DNA of 64,000 nt, taken from assembly GCA_963762255.1 (NCBI GenBank), contig CAVXKA010000002.1:896001-960000 (forward strand), written 5' to 3'. The position numbers and the translations under genes are program-made. This document shows positions 1 through 10,414 of this stretch, one piece after another; positions within the stretch are counted from its first letter, which is position 1; the number at the start of each line of letters is the position of its first letter. The notes below the pieces were generated by a model, which made no database searches, was not told the origin of the DNA, and worked only from the letters and a program-made list of their open reading frames with translations. Source of the DNA: Candidatus Eiseniibacteriota bacterium. Its GTDB lineage: Bacteria > Eisenbacteria > RBG-16-71-46 > JABDJR01.

Positions 1-3000
1 GCGCGAGCACCGACTCGTCCACGACGGCCACGCTCACGCGCGCGGGCGTTCCCGCTCCGGCCGCGTCGCGCACGCGCACGTCGACGACGGCGCGATCGCC
101 GGGGCGGTACTCCTCGCGATCGCTCGTCGCCGTCACCGCCAGCCGCCGCGAGGACACGTCGAGCGCAAGCTCCGCGTAGCCGATGCGCAACCGCGGGAGC
201 CGCGCCTTCAGAGGGAGATCGGGCGCGACCGCTTCCGGAATCTCCGGCTCCACGAGCGTCACCCCGACGTAGACATTGGGCATGTAGGAGGCCTTCACCG
301 GCACGTTGAAGACGATCGAGCCGGGACCGAGGTCCACGAGCCGCGACTCCAGGATGCCCTCGCGCTCGATCGAGAGGATCGCGCGCCGCGCGCGGACGGG
401 CGTGGAGACGAAGACGCGTGCGGTTTCGCCGGGGCGATAGCGTTGCTTGTCGGTGGTGATCTCGAGGAAGGGCTCCTCCTCCCAGGGCCCCGCCGCGCGC
501 GGCGCGCGAACCCCGCTCGCATAGAAGCTCGCCGAGGATCGGGCTCGCCGCCCCATCCGGTCGCGTGCCTCTGCGCGGACGTGGTAGGCGCCCGGCTCCG
601 CGATGTCCCAACGCAGCTCGACAGGCTCCCGGCCGGAGACGATCTCGCGCGAGCCCACCACGCTGTCCACGACCGCTCCCTCGTAGCCGATTCGCCCGCC
701 GACGAGAAGCTTTCGCACCGAACGCCACTCGCGCCGCACGACCGTGACGGTGATGGGCGTCCCGGGCACGACGAGCGAGGTGTCCGCGCGAAGCGCCGTC
801 ACGCGAATCAGGGCCTGCTCTCCCGCAGGCACGACGCGCTCGGGGGCGCTCACGCCCGGCACGACCGACGCGGGGGTATAGAGCGACCACGCGCGGCCGT
901 ACACCGTATCCCCGCTCGGGTCGATCACGCCGGCTTCGAAGGTGAGGCGCTCGAACCCCGCGAAGGGTTCCTCGGGGAGCGGCACGCGAATCGCGGCGGC
1001 GCCGGCGGCGTCGAGGATATCCTCGCCCGTGGCCAGCACGGCGGACGCGGGGCCCGACCCGTCGAACTCTCCGAACGAATATTCGTCGTAGCTGTCGAAG
1101 GAAAACCCGTCATAGCCTGGGGGCCGGATCCCCGCGCGCTCCCGGACCAGGGACCAGCGCACGCGGGATCCGGCGAGCGGCGCGCCGAAGTAGTAGGAGG
1201 CGCTCACGTCCACCTCGAACGTCGAGCCGGCCGTGACGCTCGCGGTGCGCGAGCGCGCCGTCACCTGGAAGGAGGCGGCACGGTAGGCGGCTACCTGGAA
1301 CTCCGCCGAGCCGATGCCGACCTCTCTCGATCGGTCGGGGAGCAGAGCCACCGCGCTGTATCCGCCGGCCGGGGCGTCGGCGCGTCCCGGCACATCCAGC
1401 GCGAATCCTCCAAGCCGGTCGACCGCAAGCATCGTATCCGCGAGCATTGCCCCACCCCGCGGGTCGTTCACCTGCACCCGCACCGAGTCGAGCGCGCACG
1501 CGCCCAACCCACCGGGGACGAACCGCCGCACGAGCCCGCAGAGGTGCACGGTCTCGCCGGGCCGGTAGAGATCGCGGTCTCCGTAAACGAACGCACGGTG
1601 ATCCGTGGCGCTGTTGCCGTATGAGGCATCGATCCCCATCTGCCAGGGAGCGAGCCGCCAGCTCCCGTCGAGGTTCCCCAGCGCCGCGTCCCCCGCCAGC
1701 GTCGCCTTCACGTAGACCTCAGGCCGATCCGCGCCCAGGCGCGACTTCTCCGGCAGCGCGACCATGCCGCGCTCATCCGTCCGCCCGGTCCAGCGGGCGA
1801 CGCCGAACGCATCCATCACCGTGATGTCGGCGCCCGCCGCCGGCCGCGCGGAAGCGAGCGCGGTGACCCAGACGAGACCGCCCCCTTCCGACCCCTTCAC
1901 CGTGATGCCGAGGTCGCTCCAACGGATGATGCTCTGCGCCTTGAGCTCGAACGGGGTGCCGTCGAAGCGGCGGCCGAGAGCCGCCGCGATCACGAGCACG
2001 GCGCCAGGCTTCCCCGGGGGCACCAGGCGATCCAGAGGAATCGCCTGGGTCGTGATTTCGTTGAGCGCCGGCCCGCTGTAGATCGCTGATGTAGCCGCCG
2101 CCTGCGAGTCGGGTCGCGCGAAGCGCTGCCGGATCTCTCCTTCCGGGGTGAGCGCCTCCATGCGCACGCGGACCTCGGTGACGCCGGCGAAACGCAGCAC
2201 CACCTGGCGCTCCGAAGCGAGCGGAACCACCGCGGCGCCTCCGTAGCCGCTGGAAGGGAGTAGTTCCAGCGACGGCCGGCGGTTCGCGGTGCGCAGGCGG
2301 ATCCGAGCGCTCTCGGTGAGCCGCTGCCCGAAGAGGTCGGGCATCCCGGCTGCGATCAGAACCTGATACTCGGTGGCGGGTTCGAGCCCGCCGAGATGGA
2401 TCTGGGTCCCGTCTCCCCCCACCTGCAGCGCGGCCGGCCGGGGTTGCACGGTCAGGTACGCCCTCAGGGAATCGCCCGCGACCGGCGTGCGGAAGTGAAG
2501 CGTCGCCCCCTCGACATCGCCTGCCGCGACCAGACCGGGAGGCCCGTAGGTGCGAAACGGGATGCGCAGCTCCCGCGTGATGGGAAGCGGCCCGCCCAGC
2601 CCGCGCAGCGAGTCCTTGATCAGGATCGCGTACTCGTGATCGCGCTTGAGCGGCGAGCGCGGGCGAAGCACCACCGCGTTCTCGCGATCGATGGACCGGA
2701 ACTCCCAACCCAACCCGGCGAGAAACGCGCTGTCGGGCCGCGCGGGGTCGAGATCCGGGCCGTGCTCCAACTCCACCGCGTCGCCGACCTCCACCGGATC
2801 CATCGGCTGGCTGAAGATAAGAAGGATGGGGTCCTCGGGCCTCATCAAGGAATCGGAAGGCGCGGGGATCGACTTCACCAGACCCGGGCGAGGGGTCGTG
2901 AACTCCCACACCACGTCTCCCTTGAGCTTGGTGCCGTCGGCGGCGCGGATGCCGGAGGGCACCTTGGCGACGAAGCGGGTGGCCAGGGGAAGCCCGCCGT

Positions 3001-3331
3001 TCACGACGTAGGTGAGGGTGCGCGTCCCGATCCAGTGGTAGTAGCCCTCGGGCATCGGATCCAACTCGAGGTATTTCTTCCCCTCCTTGGGGGTCGGATC
3101 GGGCGCTCCCATCGCCACCACCGGGCGGTCGAAGACGACGTCCACCGACGTGCGTCCGACGGTGTCCCCCTCCGGGAGTCGGGCGGCGACGGTGAGTCGC
3201 GGGGCGGCGCCCGCCGAGGCGCCTCGCTTCCCACCGCAGCCCTGCGCCCCGAGCACGCAAACGAAGAGGACGGCCGCGGCTGCGACCGTCCTCGTGATGT
3301 CGAGACTTCTGCGCTGTGAAACCGTCGCCAT
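1..3331 (-). CDS. Bacterial alpha-2-macroglobulin family lipoprotein (5' part; runs off the window edge)
   Basis: Not in the ORF track because it is open-ended; translated by hand from ATG 3331: MATVSQRRS...VLGAQGC lipobox, Ig-like VVFDRPVVA/WIGTRTL, and the MG2 motif FVYGDRDLYRPGETVH, checked in frame at ~1565. Confidence 0.85.
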   Translation of the reverse strand, partial: MATVSQRRSLDITRTVAAAAVLFVCVLGAQGCGGKRGASAGAAPRLTVAARLPEGDTVGRTSVDVVFDRPVVAMGAPDPTPKEGKKYLELDPMPEGYYHWIGTRTLTYVVNGGLPLATRFVAKVPSGIRAADGTKLKGDVVWEFTTPRPGLVKSIPAPSDSLMRPEDPILLIFSQPMDPVEVGDAVELEHGPDLDPARPDSAFLAGLGWEFRSIDRENAVVLRPRSPLKRDHEYAILIKDSLRGLGGPLPITRELRIPFRTYGPPGLVAAGDVEGATLHFRTPVAGDSLRAYLTVQPRPAALQVGGDGTQIHLGGLEPATEYQVLIAAGMPDLFGQRLTESARIRLRTANRRPSLELLPSSGYGGAAVVPLASERQVVLRFAGVTEVRVRMEALTPEGEIRQRFARPDSQAAATSAIYSGPALNEITTQAIPLDRLVPPGKPGAVLVIAAALGRRFDGTPFELKAQSIIRWSDLGITVKGSEGGGLVWVTALASARPAAGADITVMDAFGVARWTGRTDERGMVALPEKSRLGADRPEVYVKATLAGDAALGNLDGSWRLAPWQMGIDASYGNSATDHRAFVYGDRDLYRPGETVHLCGLVRRFVPGGLGACALDSVRVQVNDPRGGAMLADTMLAVDRLGGFALDVPGRADAPAGGYSAVALLPDRSREVGIGSAEFQVAAYRAASFQVTARSRTASVTAGSTFEVDVSASYYFGAPLAGSRVRWSLVRERAGIRPPGYDGFSFDSYDEYSFGEFDGSGPASAVLATGEDILDAAGAAAIRVPLPEEPFAGFERLTFEAGVIDPSGDTVYGRAWSLYTPASVVPGVSAPERVVPAGEQALIRVTALRADTSLVVPGTPITVTVVRREWRSVRKLLVGGRIGYEGAVVDSVVGSREIVSGREPVELRWDIAEPGAYHVRAEARDRMGRRARSSASFYASGVRAPRAAGPWEEEPFLEITTDKQRYRPGETARVFVSTPVRARRAILSIEREGILESRLVDLGPGSIVFNVPVKASYMPNVYVGVTLVEPEIPEAVAPDLPLKARLPRLRIGYAELALDVSSRRLAVTATSDREEYRPGDRAVVDVRVRDAAGAGTPARVSVAVVDESVLA

Positions 3332-3421
3332 ACTGCCACCCCCGCTCGCTCGGATGAGCTTCCGACTCGGGACCGTCGCGAGGCGACTATCCTCCCCCGC
3401 GGGGGGGCGGCGGCGCAAGGT

Positions 3422-5053
3422 CTAGGAGGGCGAGACCTTCACCCAACGCCCGTCGTTCTTGGGATTCAGCACGCCCTGATGCTTGATGTAGTTGCGCAGA
3501 ACCTCCAGGTCGGTGAATCCGGTGTACATCAGATCCTCGGATTGGAGCGCCTCGCGCAAGACGCCCATCCCGCTGTTCCCCTCGGCCAGGTAGTTGGTCA
3601 TGGCCACCTTGTAGATCTTCTCATCCTCTACAGGCTGACCGCCGATCGTGAACTCCACGATCCGGCTTCCGTCCGGCCGCGAAATGTCGTACGCGACCTT
3701 GCCGCCCGAGATGAAGATTCCGCCGGCGGTCCCGCGGAGCTTGTCCTCCATCATGCCGCGCAGCATCTGGCCTTTCAGATTCACGAGCACCATCTGATTG
3801 CCGAAGGGAGACACGCCAAGCAGGTGGCGCTCCGTGATATCGCCGGGAGAGATGTCCGCGCGCACGCCGCCCGTGTTCTGGATGGCGAAGTCGGCGTTGA
3901 GCTCGACCCGGAAGGCGTCCGCCATCACGAACCCCATGAGCGCGTTATTGGCCGACCCGCGCTGCAACAGCACCTCGGTCTGGCCGACCACGACATCGAG
4001 ACCCGCTTCGGCCTTGCTCACCTTCTCTTCGATGACCTTCTCCATGGCGGGGTCCGGCCAGATCTGCTCCTCGAACAGGGTGACCAGCGACCCGCGATCG
4101 GAGTGGGTCCGGTAGCCGATCATCTGCTTCGTGTTGCGATCGATGAGCATGGTGATGTGCCCGATGCTCGACCCGTTGCCGTAGGGTTCGAACACCACCG
4201 TGTGGGTGCGCGGATCCTCCCACGGCGTGTCGTAGCCCTGGTGGGTATGCCCGGTGAACATGGCGTCGATGCCCGGCGTCGTGTATGCGAGTTCCATCGC
4301 ACTCATGCCCCAGTGCGGAAGACCGCCTTCGGCATCGCGCTGCAGCATCTTGCGGTATTCGTTGCTCAACTCCGGCTTGTAGGGAAGCCCTGTGTGCAGG
4401 AGCGCAAGGACGACGTTTGCCCCCTGTGCGCGGACCCGCTCGACCTCGGGACCAAGCACCTCGTGGATGGGAGCGAACTCGATCCCTTCCAGGTTCTTTC
4501 CGAACGACATGTTGGCGGTGGACTCGGTGATGAATCCCACAACCGCGATCTTGATCCCGTCGACCTCGATGAAGAAGCTCGGGTCGATCCAGTCGACGGT
4601 CTTCTTGGTCTCGGCGTAGAGGATGTTCCCTCCCAGCACCGGGAAGTTGGCCATCTCGGCCAGACGCTTGGTGTTCTCCCACCCGAGGTCGAAATCGTGG
4701 TTGCCGAGCACGCAGGCCGTATACCCCATGTCGTTCATGAACTCGAAGATCGCGGTCCCCTTGGTGTTGGTGCCGAGCGGCGTCCCCTGGAAGATGTCGC
4801 CGTCGTCGAAGAGGAGCACGGCGCGCCCTTCCTTGGCCGCCTTGTCGCGAACGTCCTTGACGTAAGCGGCAATGCTCGCGCCCCCGCCCAGCGGCGGCGG
4901 GAAATTGGGATTCAGGAACGTAGCGTCGTCCTTGGAGATGTGCCCGTGGACATCGCTGGTGAAGAGGATGTCCACCTCGAGCAGATCGCTTGCGGGGATC
5001 GCCCCTCCCAGAAAGAGAAGACCGATGAGGCAAAGTGGGATGCATCGCTTCAT
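3422..5053 (-). CDS. Secreted 5'-nucleotidase / bifunctional metallophosphoesterase (UshA-like)
   Basis: Signal peptide; DVHG, DGDIFQG, LGNHDFD, GHTH, NTGGVRADI and PFGN motifs. Confidence 0.92.
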   Translation of the reverse strand: MKRCIPLCLIGLLFLGGAIPASDLLEVDILFTSDVHGHISKDDATFLNPNFPPPLGGGASIAAYVKDVRDKAAKEGRAVLLFDDGDIFQGTPLGTNTKGTAIFEFMNDMGYTACVLGNHDFDLGWENTKRLAEMANFPVLGGNILYAETKKTVDWIDPSFFIEVDGIKIAVVGFITESTANMSFGKNLEGIEFAPIHEVLGPEVERVRAQGANVVLALLHTGLPYKPELSNEYRKMLQRDAEGGLPHWGMSAMELAYTTPGIDAMFTGHTHQGYDTPWEDPRTHTVVFEPYGNGSSIGHITMLIDRNTKQMIGYRTHSDRGSLVTLFEEQIWPDPAMEKVIEEKVSKAEAGLDVVVGQTEVLLQRGSANNALMGFVMADAFRVELNADFAIQNTGGVRADISPGDITERHLLGVSPFGNQMVLVNLKGQMLRGMMEDKLRGTAGGIFISGGKVAYDISRPDGSRIVEFTIGGQPVEDEKIYKVAMTNYLAEGNSGMGVLREALQSEDLMYTGFTDLEVLRNYIKHQGVLNPKNDGRWVKVSPS

Positions 5054-6396
5054 TGCGGAATGACCTCATCCTCCGCCGGCATGGCGGGGGCGTAATTGAC
5101 GGGCGCGTAGTGCACGCTCTGGGAGAGCGCCACCGAGACCTCGTAGCTCACGCCATCGGTGGTCAGGGTGACGTTGTAGCCCTTGTCGTTCGTTAGGCGA
5201 AGGCCGAGAGGCTCGGCGCGGTCGGAGGCGTAGATGTCGGTGCGGTGGTTACGGAGTCGGATGAGCACCGATTCGCTCGGTAGCGTTCCCAGGCTCGACT
5301 CGTACGTGGTGATGGGAATGAGCCCCACCCGCGGGTTGACCGCGTTCACCCAATCGGCTGGGCTGCTGTCGTCGAGGCCGTGGTGATGGACTTTGAGCAC
5401 TTCGGTGTCGATGGCGCTTCCCTTGGCGGCGGCGATGGACGTGGTCACGGGGGCCTCGGCGTCTCCCCCCAGCATCAGATTCACGTCGCCATAGGTGAGG
5501 CGCAGGATCACGGAGTCGTTGTTGAGGACGTCTCCCTCGCTCACTCCGCCGAAGGTGCTGCCGTAGCCGGAATTGAGCACTTCCACACCGACCGACCCGT
5601 CCCATACGAGGGCGGACGTGCCACTGGAGGTGTCCCCGGCGCGAATGGTGTCGATGGGAACCGACTTGGCGCGCAGGGTGGGAAGGAGTTCGTCCCGATA
5701 GCTGCGGTAGGCGTAGGAGTTCATGTCGGACTTGAGCGGCGTGTCCAGAAAGCGCCCGATGTCGTAGGCCCCGAGAACCCCGTCGGAGAGCGTGTAGCTC
5801 TCGCCGACGAGCCCGCCGATATGGTCGCTGTGGACATGCGTGGCCATGGCCACGTCCAGACGGCTCACCCCCGCCGCTTGGAGGTAGGCGTCCACGTTCG
5901 CCCAGTCTCGGCGTTCACCGCCGTCGATGATGATGCGCTTGCCCGTGTTCGGCATGGTCAAGATATGCGAGTCCCCAAAACCGACGTCGATCATGGTCCA
6001 ACTCAGGAAGGGCTTCGGCGCCGGCCGAGTCCCCACCGTGAACGAGACCTCGTCGGCCGTCACGACACCACCGTTCTGGGCTCGATCCAGAACCTGCAGG
6101 TAGATCTTCTCTCCCTGGCTCACCGAGAGGAGCGGTACCCGGTGCTCGGTCGCGTACGCCAAGTCGGCGCGCGCCGCCGAGGCCGGATAGGCAACCCGGT
6201 TGTAGACGCCCGACGACGTGCCGTACCGAACCGATCCCAGGGTGGGCTCGTCGGTACTCCATCTCACCGTGTTCCCCTCCAGAGTGATCCCGTCCTGGAC
6301 GGGCACCTTGAGCGGACTGGGGCTGGAACACCCTATGAACCAAGCCAAAGCCGCGGGGAGCAACGCCCCCGTCAGCCGCTGCAATATCGATCTCAC
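5050..6396 (-). CDS. Lipoprotein with N-terminal FN3-like domain and ComEC/Rec2-type metallo-beta-lactamase-fold hydrolase
   Basis: Lipobox FIGC; IDVGFGDS, THVHSDHIG, NNDS, GGDAE and KVHHHG motifs. Confidence 0.85.
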   Translation of the reverse strand: MRSILQRLTGALLPAALAWFIGCSSPSPLKVPVQDGITLEGNTVRWSTDEPTLGSVRYGTSSGVYNRVAYPASAARADLAYATEHRVPLLSVSQGEKIYLQVLDRAQNGGVVTADEVSFTVGTRPAPKPFLSWTMIDVGFGDSHILTMPNTGKRIIIDGGERRDWANVDAYLQAAGVSRLDVAMATHVHSDHIGGLVGESYTLSDGVLGAYDIGRFLDTPLKSDMNSYAYRSYRDELLPTLRAKSVPIDTIRAGDTSSGTSALVWDGSVGVEVLNSGYGSTFGGVSEGDVLNNDSVILRLTYGDVNLMLGGDAEAPVTTSIAAAKGSAIDTEVLKVHHHGLDDSSPADWVNAVNPRVGLIPITTYESSLGTLPSESVLIRLRNHRTDIYASDRAEPLGLRLTNDKGYNVTLTTDGVSYEVSVALSQSVHYAPVNYAPAMPAEDEVIPQ

Positions 6397-6438
6397 GCTG
6401 TACGAGTCTCCTGGGGCAGGCGATGCCAGACGGCGATG

Positions 6439-7704
6439 CTAGAACCCGTAGTCCACACCCAGGGAAACCCGGAACAGCGTGTCGTCAACACGGTCCTGGC
6501 CAAGCCCCACGTAGGCGCCCTGCTCCGTGCGCGGGCGGATGGGGGTCTGGCGCGTCGACGCCTTCCCCACCTCGGCGGCCAGATCGATCCTGAACTGCTC
6601 GACCAGATAGCCGAACCCGAAGGTGAACGTCACCCGGTCGGCCTCGTCCATGGCGTACGACTGCCCGTAACGGAAGCCGATGCGCCCGGGGAGGTTGTTG
6701 TAGAAGACGTGCTCGAGACCGAAGCGGCCTTCCCACGTGTCCTGTAGCTTCTGGTCGGGGCTCAGATGGTCGGCGATCTCCGACCAGGGCGTGTACACCA
6801 CATCGGCGGCAAAGACGGTCTGGAACGCATTGCGAGGCCGGTAGGTGAGCCCTCCCTGGAAGCGCATGGGAAGCTCGAGATCGCCGCTCGACTGCTCGGG
6901 CGAGGTCACTGCGCCGTCGGTCCAGGTCGTGTAGTCATCGTTCAGCGACGGTTTCGTCTCGATCGCCGCACCGACCCGCAGCCGCTCGTCCACGTACACG
7001 TTGGCACCCACGGTCACCGAGAAGCCGTCCAGCTTGCGCTCGAGCTTCGCCTCGGTGGCCGAGCCGTAGTCGCTGGTGGCCAGCGAGACGAGGGCCTCGC
7101 GGTTGGTCAGGGTGCCGAAGTAGTAGTTCACCGCAACGCCCAGACCGGATCCGTCTCCGAATGGGAGCGCCACGCCCAGAGTGGCGGTGCGGAGCAACCC
7201 GTCGGTCTTGATGATCTTGTTGTTGCGCAGCGTGTCGCTGCTGTCGCTGGTGCGCAGCTCGTCGAAGTAGTCGTAACGGGGATCGTAGCGTGTGAACACG
7301 CCCCCCGACACGATCACGCCCCGCCCCCCCCAGTGATCGAGCACCACACCGCCCTGGAGCTCGCCGTAGCCGTTGTCGTTGACCGCGACCGCGGTCTCAT
7401 CGACGAACGAATCGAAGGTGTCGAACAGCGGCACGAGCCGGCTCTCGCTGGCCCGGGCCATTGCGCCCGTGAACTGCACGCGGTTGCCGCGCAGCAGGAC
7501 CAGGTTGGCCGGGTTGTCCACCAGGCTGAACACTCCGTCGCTCATCGCCGCACCCGCCCCTCCCATCGCACGCGAGCGCGCGGAGAGTCCGAGTTGCGGT
7601 GTCCCGTAGGCGCGATCCAGGAAGGAAAACGCGCTCGCCGGCCGGGCGGACACAAGGACCGCCGCCGCCAGCACTATCGTCAAGATGCCTCGCCTCATGC
7701 TCAT
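6439..7704 (-). CDS. Outer-membrane beta-barrel, FadL/OmpP1/PorV-like
   Basis: Signal peptide; SARSRAMGGAG...DNPANL motif; amphipathic strands; C-terminal VDYGF. Confidence 0.75.
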   Translation of the reverse strand: MSMRRGILTIVLAAAVLVSARPASAFSFLDRAYGTPQLGLSARSRAMGGAGAAMSDGVFSLVDNPANLVLLRGNRVQFTGAMARASESRLVPLFDTFDSFVDETAVAVNDNGYGELQGGVVLDHWGGRGVIVSGGVFTRYDPRYDYFDELRTSDSSDTLRNNKIIKTDGLLRTATLGVALPFGDGSGLGVAVNYYFGTLTNREALVSLATSDYGSATEAKLERKLDGFSVTVGANVYVDERLRVGAAIETKPSLNDDYTTWTDGAVTSPEQSSGDLELPMRFQGGLTYRPRNAFQTVFAADVVYTPWSEIADHLSPDQKLQDTWEGRFGLEHVFYNNLPGRIGFRYGQSYAMDEADRVTFTFGFGYLVEQFRIDLAAEVGKASTRQTPIRPRTEQGAYVGLGQDRVDDTLFRVSLGVDYGF

Positions 7705-7729
7705 TCTCCCGCGAGTTCAGGCCCGGAGC

Positions 7730-10405
7730 CTAGAACGAGTAGTCCAGTTGGAACCGGTAAGAAGTCTGCTCCCCCCGCGCATCCGTGCCATCCGGGGTCG
7801 GCGATATCAAGTCGCCGAAGTTCCGGATGTCCACGTAAGAGCGAGGAAGCTGGTGGTCGGCGGTCCACTTGAGCCGCCAGGAAAGATTCTCCGAGAGCCG
7901 GCTGCGGAGCATGAACCAGTTCCGGAAGCCGTTTCCGTCGAGTACGACGAACTCGTTGTCCTCGAAGTTGTACAGGAAGCCGTCGTAGACCTCCGCCGAC
8001 ACCGTGGCGGTCAGGAAGTCGCTGAAGTTGTGCGTGAAGGTCGCCTGCACCGCCTTCGCCGGAATCCCCCGCGACCCCACCTGGTTGGTGCTCGTGTTGC
8101 CGCCATCGGCAGGGGCGCTGAGCCGAGGCCGGTCGGCAAACGTCACGTTGGTGGTCGAGTAGAGGAATCCCATCTGGTCGTAGTTGGAGAGATTGACCCG
8201 CATCTCCAACCGCGTGTCCCAGGACTGGAAGGCGCGGATGTCGTCCGGCCGCTGGTCGTGCCGGCCGGAAATCCGGTGACGAATGCGGAATCGCACCGGG
8301 AACACGGGCCGGTACTCCGCGCGGATGGTGAGTCGCTTCAGGTCCGCGCCGTCCGCCTTGCGGGTATAGGTGTCGTATTCGAGACCGGTCAGCGTGAAGG
8401 CCCGGGTGAACTGGTAGCGGGTGCTGAAATACCAGCCCTCCTCCGCCTTGGGAGAGGGGTCGTTGTACGCCGTGTAGCTGTACAGGGGATTCCAGAGCCG
8501 GAAGGGGTTTCCATCCATCAGCGTCTGCTGGAATTTGGAGTTCTCCGAGAACGCCCGGTTGTAGGGATTATCGTATCCCAACGAATAGTTCCGGTAGAGC
8601 GCCAGGAAGTTGAAGTTCTCGTACTGGATGTACCCGTTGGCGATGAAGGCCTCGGGGCCGTAGGAGAAGATCCGCTTGAGCGCGCTCTCCTCGTCCGAGG
8701 TCTCCAGCTTCCCGTACTCCGCGGCAAGGGACACGTTTTCGAACACCGTGGATCCCTCGGCGCCCCAGATCCGGCGATAGGGCCCGAGATCGGTGCTGTT
8801 ATACCGCGCGTAGAGTTCGGAGTCGCGGTCTTCCAGACGTGTCGCCGGCTGCATGACCAGCGACGCCGGATCGGGATTCCAACGCCGGGCAGCGTTGTCA
8901 TGGTAGAGACGGTTCCGGTAGTTCATGTCGAGCCCGGTGAGGCCGACGTAGGTCCCCGGACGGAACTCGTACTTCACGTTTCCGCCGGTGATCTGCTCCC
9001 TCATCACGTCCCGCATCGGCGTGTAGTACTTCGATTCCCGATGGCCCTTCAAGAGACCGGCGTCGATGTCGGCGCGGATCCCCTCGAGGAAGTCGTTCGA
9101 CACCCGCGGCATCATGGTGATGTAGGAGTTGAACGAGCCGTCCGGGTTGAGGATCGCGTCCTTGTCGTCCAGGGAGTAGAAGAACGTCCCCCGGACGTGG
9201 CCCAGGGTTCCCTCCAGAGCCGTCCCGCGCAGCGTGTACTCGTCGCTGCGGGAGATATCACCGCGAATGCCGACCGCCCGCACGTTGTAGCCGGAGCCGG
9301 TGCGTCGCGGCATGAAGAAGTCGGTCGCATCCATGATGAGGCCCTGACCCAGAGTCACCGCGTAATTGCCCACCACCGCCTTGTGGAGCTGGAACTTGCC
9401 GAAGGGGGTCGAAACCGGGGCGTAATCGCCGAGTTCGACATAGGCCTTGGCGGTCTCGTCCCAGTTCTCCTCGCCCAGGTTGCGATGGGCGATCCCCCCG
9501 GCCTTCAAGTGCCGGCCGTAGCGCAGGCGCAGCTTGTTGGTCATATAGGGGTCGCTGGCGCCCAGGTTCATCCGTCCGGCGAAGGTGTTCTCATCGAAGT
9601 TGCGGAGGTTCGCCCTTTGCTCGGCGGTCAGCGAGTTCGACTCGCTGGTGCTGATCGTGGCCTGGACGTTCTCGGTGAGCGCATCGTAATCGTCCAGTGT
9701 GTAGGGCGTGTTGTACACGCGGAACTGGTAGTCCCCCGAGAACCGCGTCTTGGTCTCCTCGGGATCGTCGTAACGGATGAAGTCCCGCAGGTTGCGGAAA
9801 CCCCAGTAGGTGACGCCGCTCGCCGACCGGAGCTGACGCATGTTCTCGATCTTGCCGGCGAGACTGCGCTCGCGCAGCATCGCCACCGCGTCCACGGGAG
9901 ACACGTTCTGGTAGGAGACGAGATCGTAGTAGTTCAGGCGGTTGACGTTTCGAGGGTCCTTGATCTGGTCCACATAGTCGTCAACCAGCCCCTCGCTCGC
10001 CCCCTCCTCGGAGAGGAACCGCTGCACGACGTAGTAGCGCTCCTGGGCGCGTCGTTCCTCCTCGCGCATGTCCTCCTGCTCCAACTGGAAGATCGGGGTG
10101 ACCACCACCAAGGGCCGGAGGGTCTCCAGCATCTGGGGGGTGACTCCCTCCACTTCGAGCAGATCGAAGAGGCTATTGAAGTAGGCGCGGTACTTGCGAT
10201 GCTCGTACATCGCCTCGGCCACGCTGGCGGGGATGGGCAGGGTTTTCAGCGCGTCCAGCGACGCGTGGTTGATGTCGATCTGGTGCTCGCCGCTGATGGA
10301 GGTTCCGGTGTCCGCCGTGCCCTGAGCGCGCAGGACGCCCGGAGACAGCGCGGCCGCCGCCACCACCGCGGCAGTGAGGATCAGTCTTCGTCGCAGACTC
10401 AACAC
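7730..10405 (-). CDS. ComEA-like helix-hairpin-helix DNA-binding domains fused to an outer-membrane beta-barrel
   Basis: IDINHASLDALKTLP...DLLEVEGV and a second HhH-like repeat (NVNRLNYYDL...QLRSASGV); C-terminal FQLDYSF barrel signal. Confidence 0.75.
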   Translation of the reverse strand: MLSLRRRLILTAAVVAAAALSPGVLRAQGTADTGTSISGEHQIDINHASLDALKTLPIPASVAEAMYEHRKYRAYFNSLFDLLEVEGVTPQMLETLRPLVVVTPIFQLEQEDMREEERRAQERYYVVQRFLSEEGASEGLVDDYVDQIKDPRNVNRLNYYDLVSYQNVSPVDAVAMLRERSLAGKIENMRQLRSASGVTYWGFRNLRDFIRYDDPEETKTRFSGDYQFRVYNTPYTLDDYDALTENVQATISTSESNSLTAEQRANLRNFDENTFAGRMNLGASDPYMTNKLRLRYGRHLKAGGIAHRNLGEENWDETAKAYVELGDYAPVSTPFGKFQLHKAVVGNYAVTLGQGLIMDATDFFMPRRTGSGYNVRAVGIRGDISRSDEYTLRGTALEGTLGHVRGTFFYSLDDKDAILNPDGSFNSYITMMPRVSNDFLEGIRADIDAGLLKGHRESKYYTPMRDVMREQITGGNVKYEFRPGTYVGLTGLDMNYRNRLYHDNAARRWNPDPASLVMQPATRLEDRDSELYARYNSTDLGPYRRIWGAEGSTVFENVSLAAEYGKLETSDEESALKRIFSYGPEAFIANGYIQYENFNFLALYRNYSLGYDNPYNRAFSENSKFQQTLMDGNPFRLWNPLYSYTAYNDPSPKAEEGWYFSTRYQFTRAFTLTGLEYDTYTRKADGADLKRLTIRAEYRPVFPVRFRIRHRISGRHDQRPDDIRAFQSWDTRLEMRVNLSNYDQMGFLYSTTNVTFADRPRLSAPADGGNTSTNQVGSRGIPAKAVQATFTHNFSDFLTATVSAEVYDGFLYNFEDNEFVVLDGNGFRNWFMLRSRLSENLSWRLKWTADHQLPRSYVDIRNFGDLISPTPDGTDARGEQTSYRFQLDYSF

Positions 10406-10414
10406 GACCGCCTC

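Noticed and set aside
1-3331. Alpha-2-macroglobulin as part of the nucleic-acid cassette
   Set aside because: Widespread envelope-protection gene separated by a ~90-bp gap; no functional connection evident
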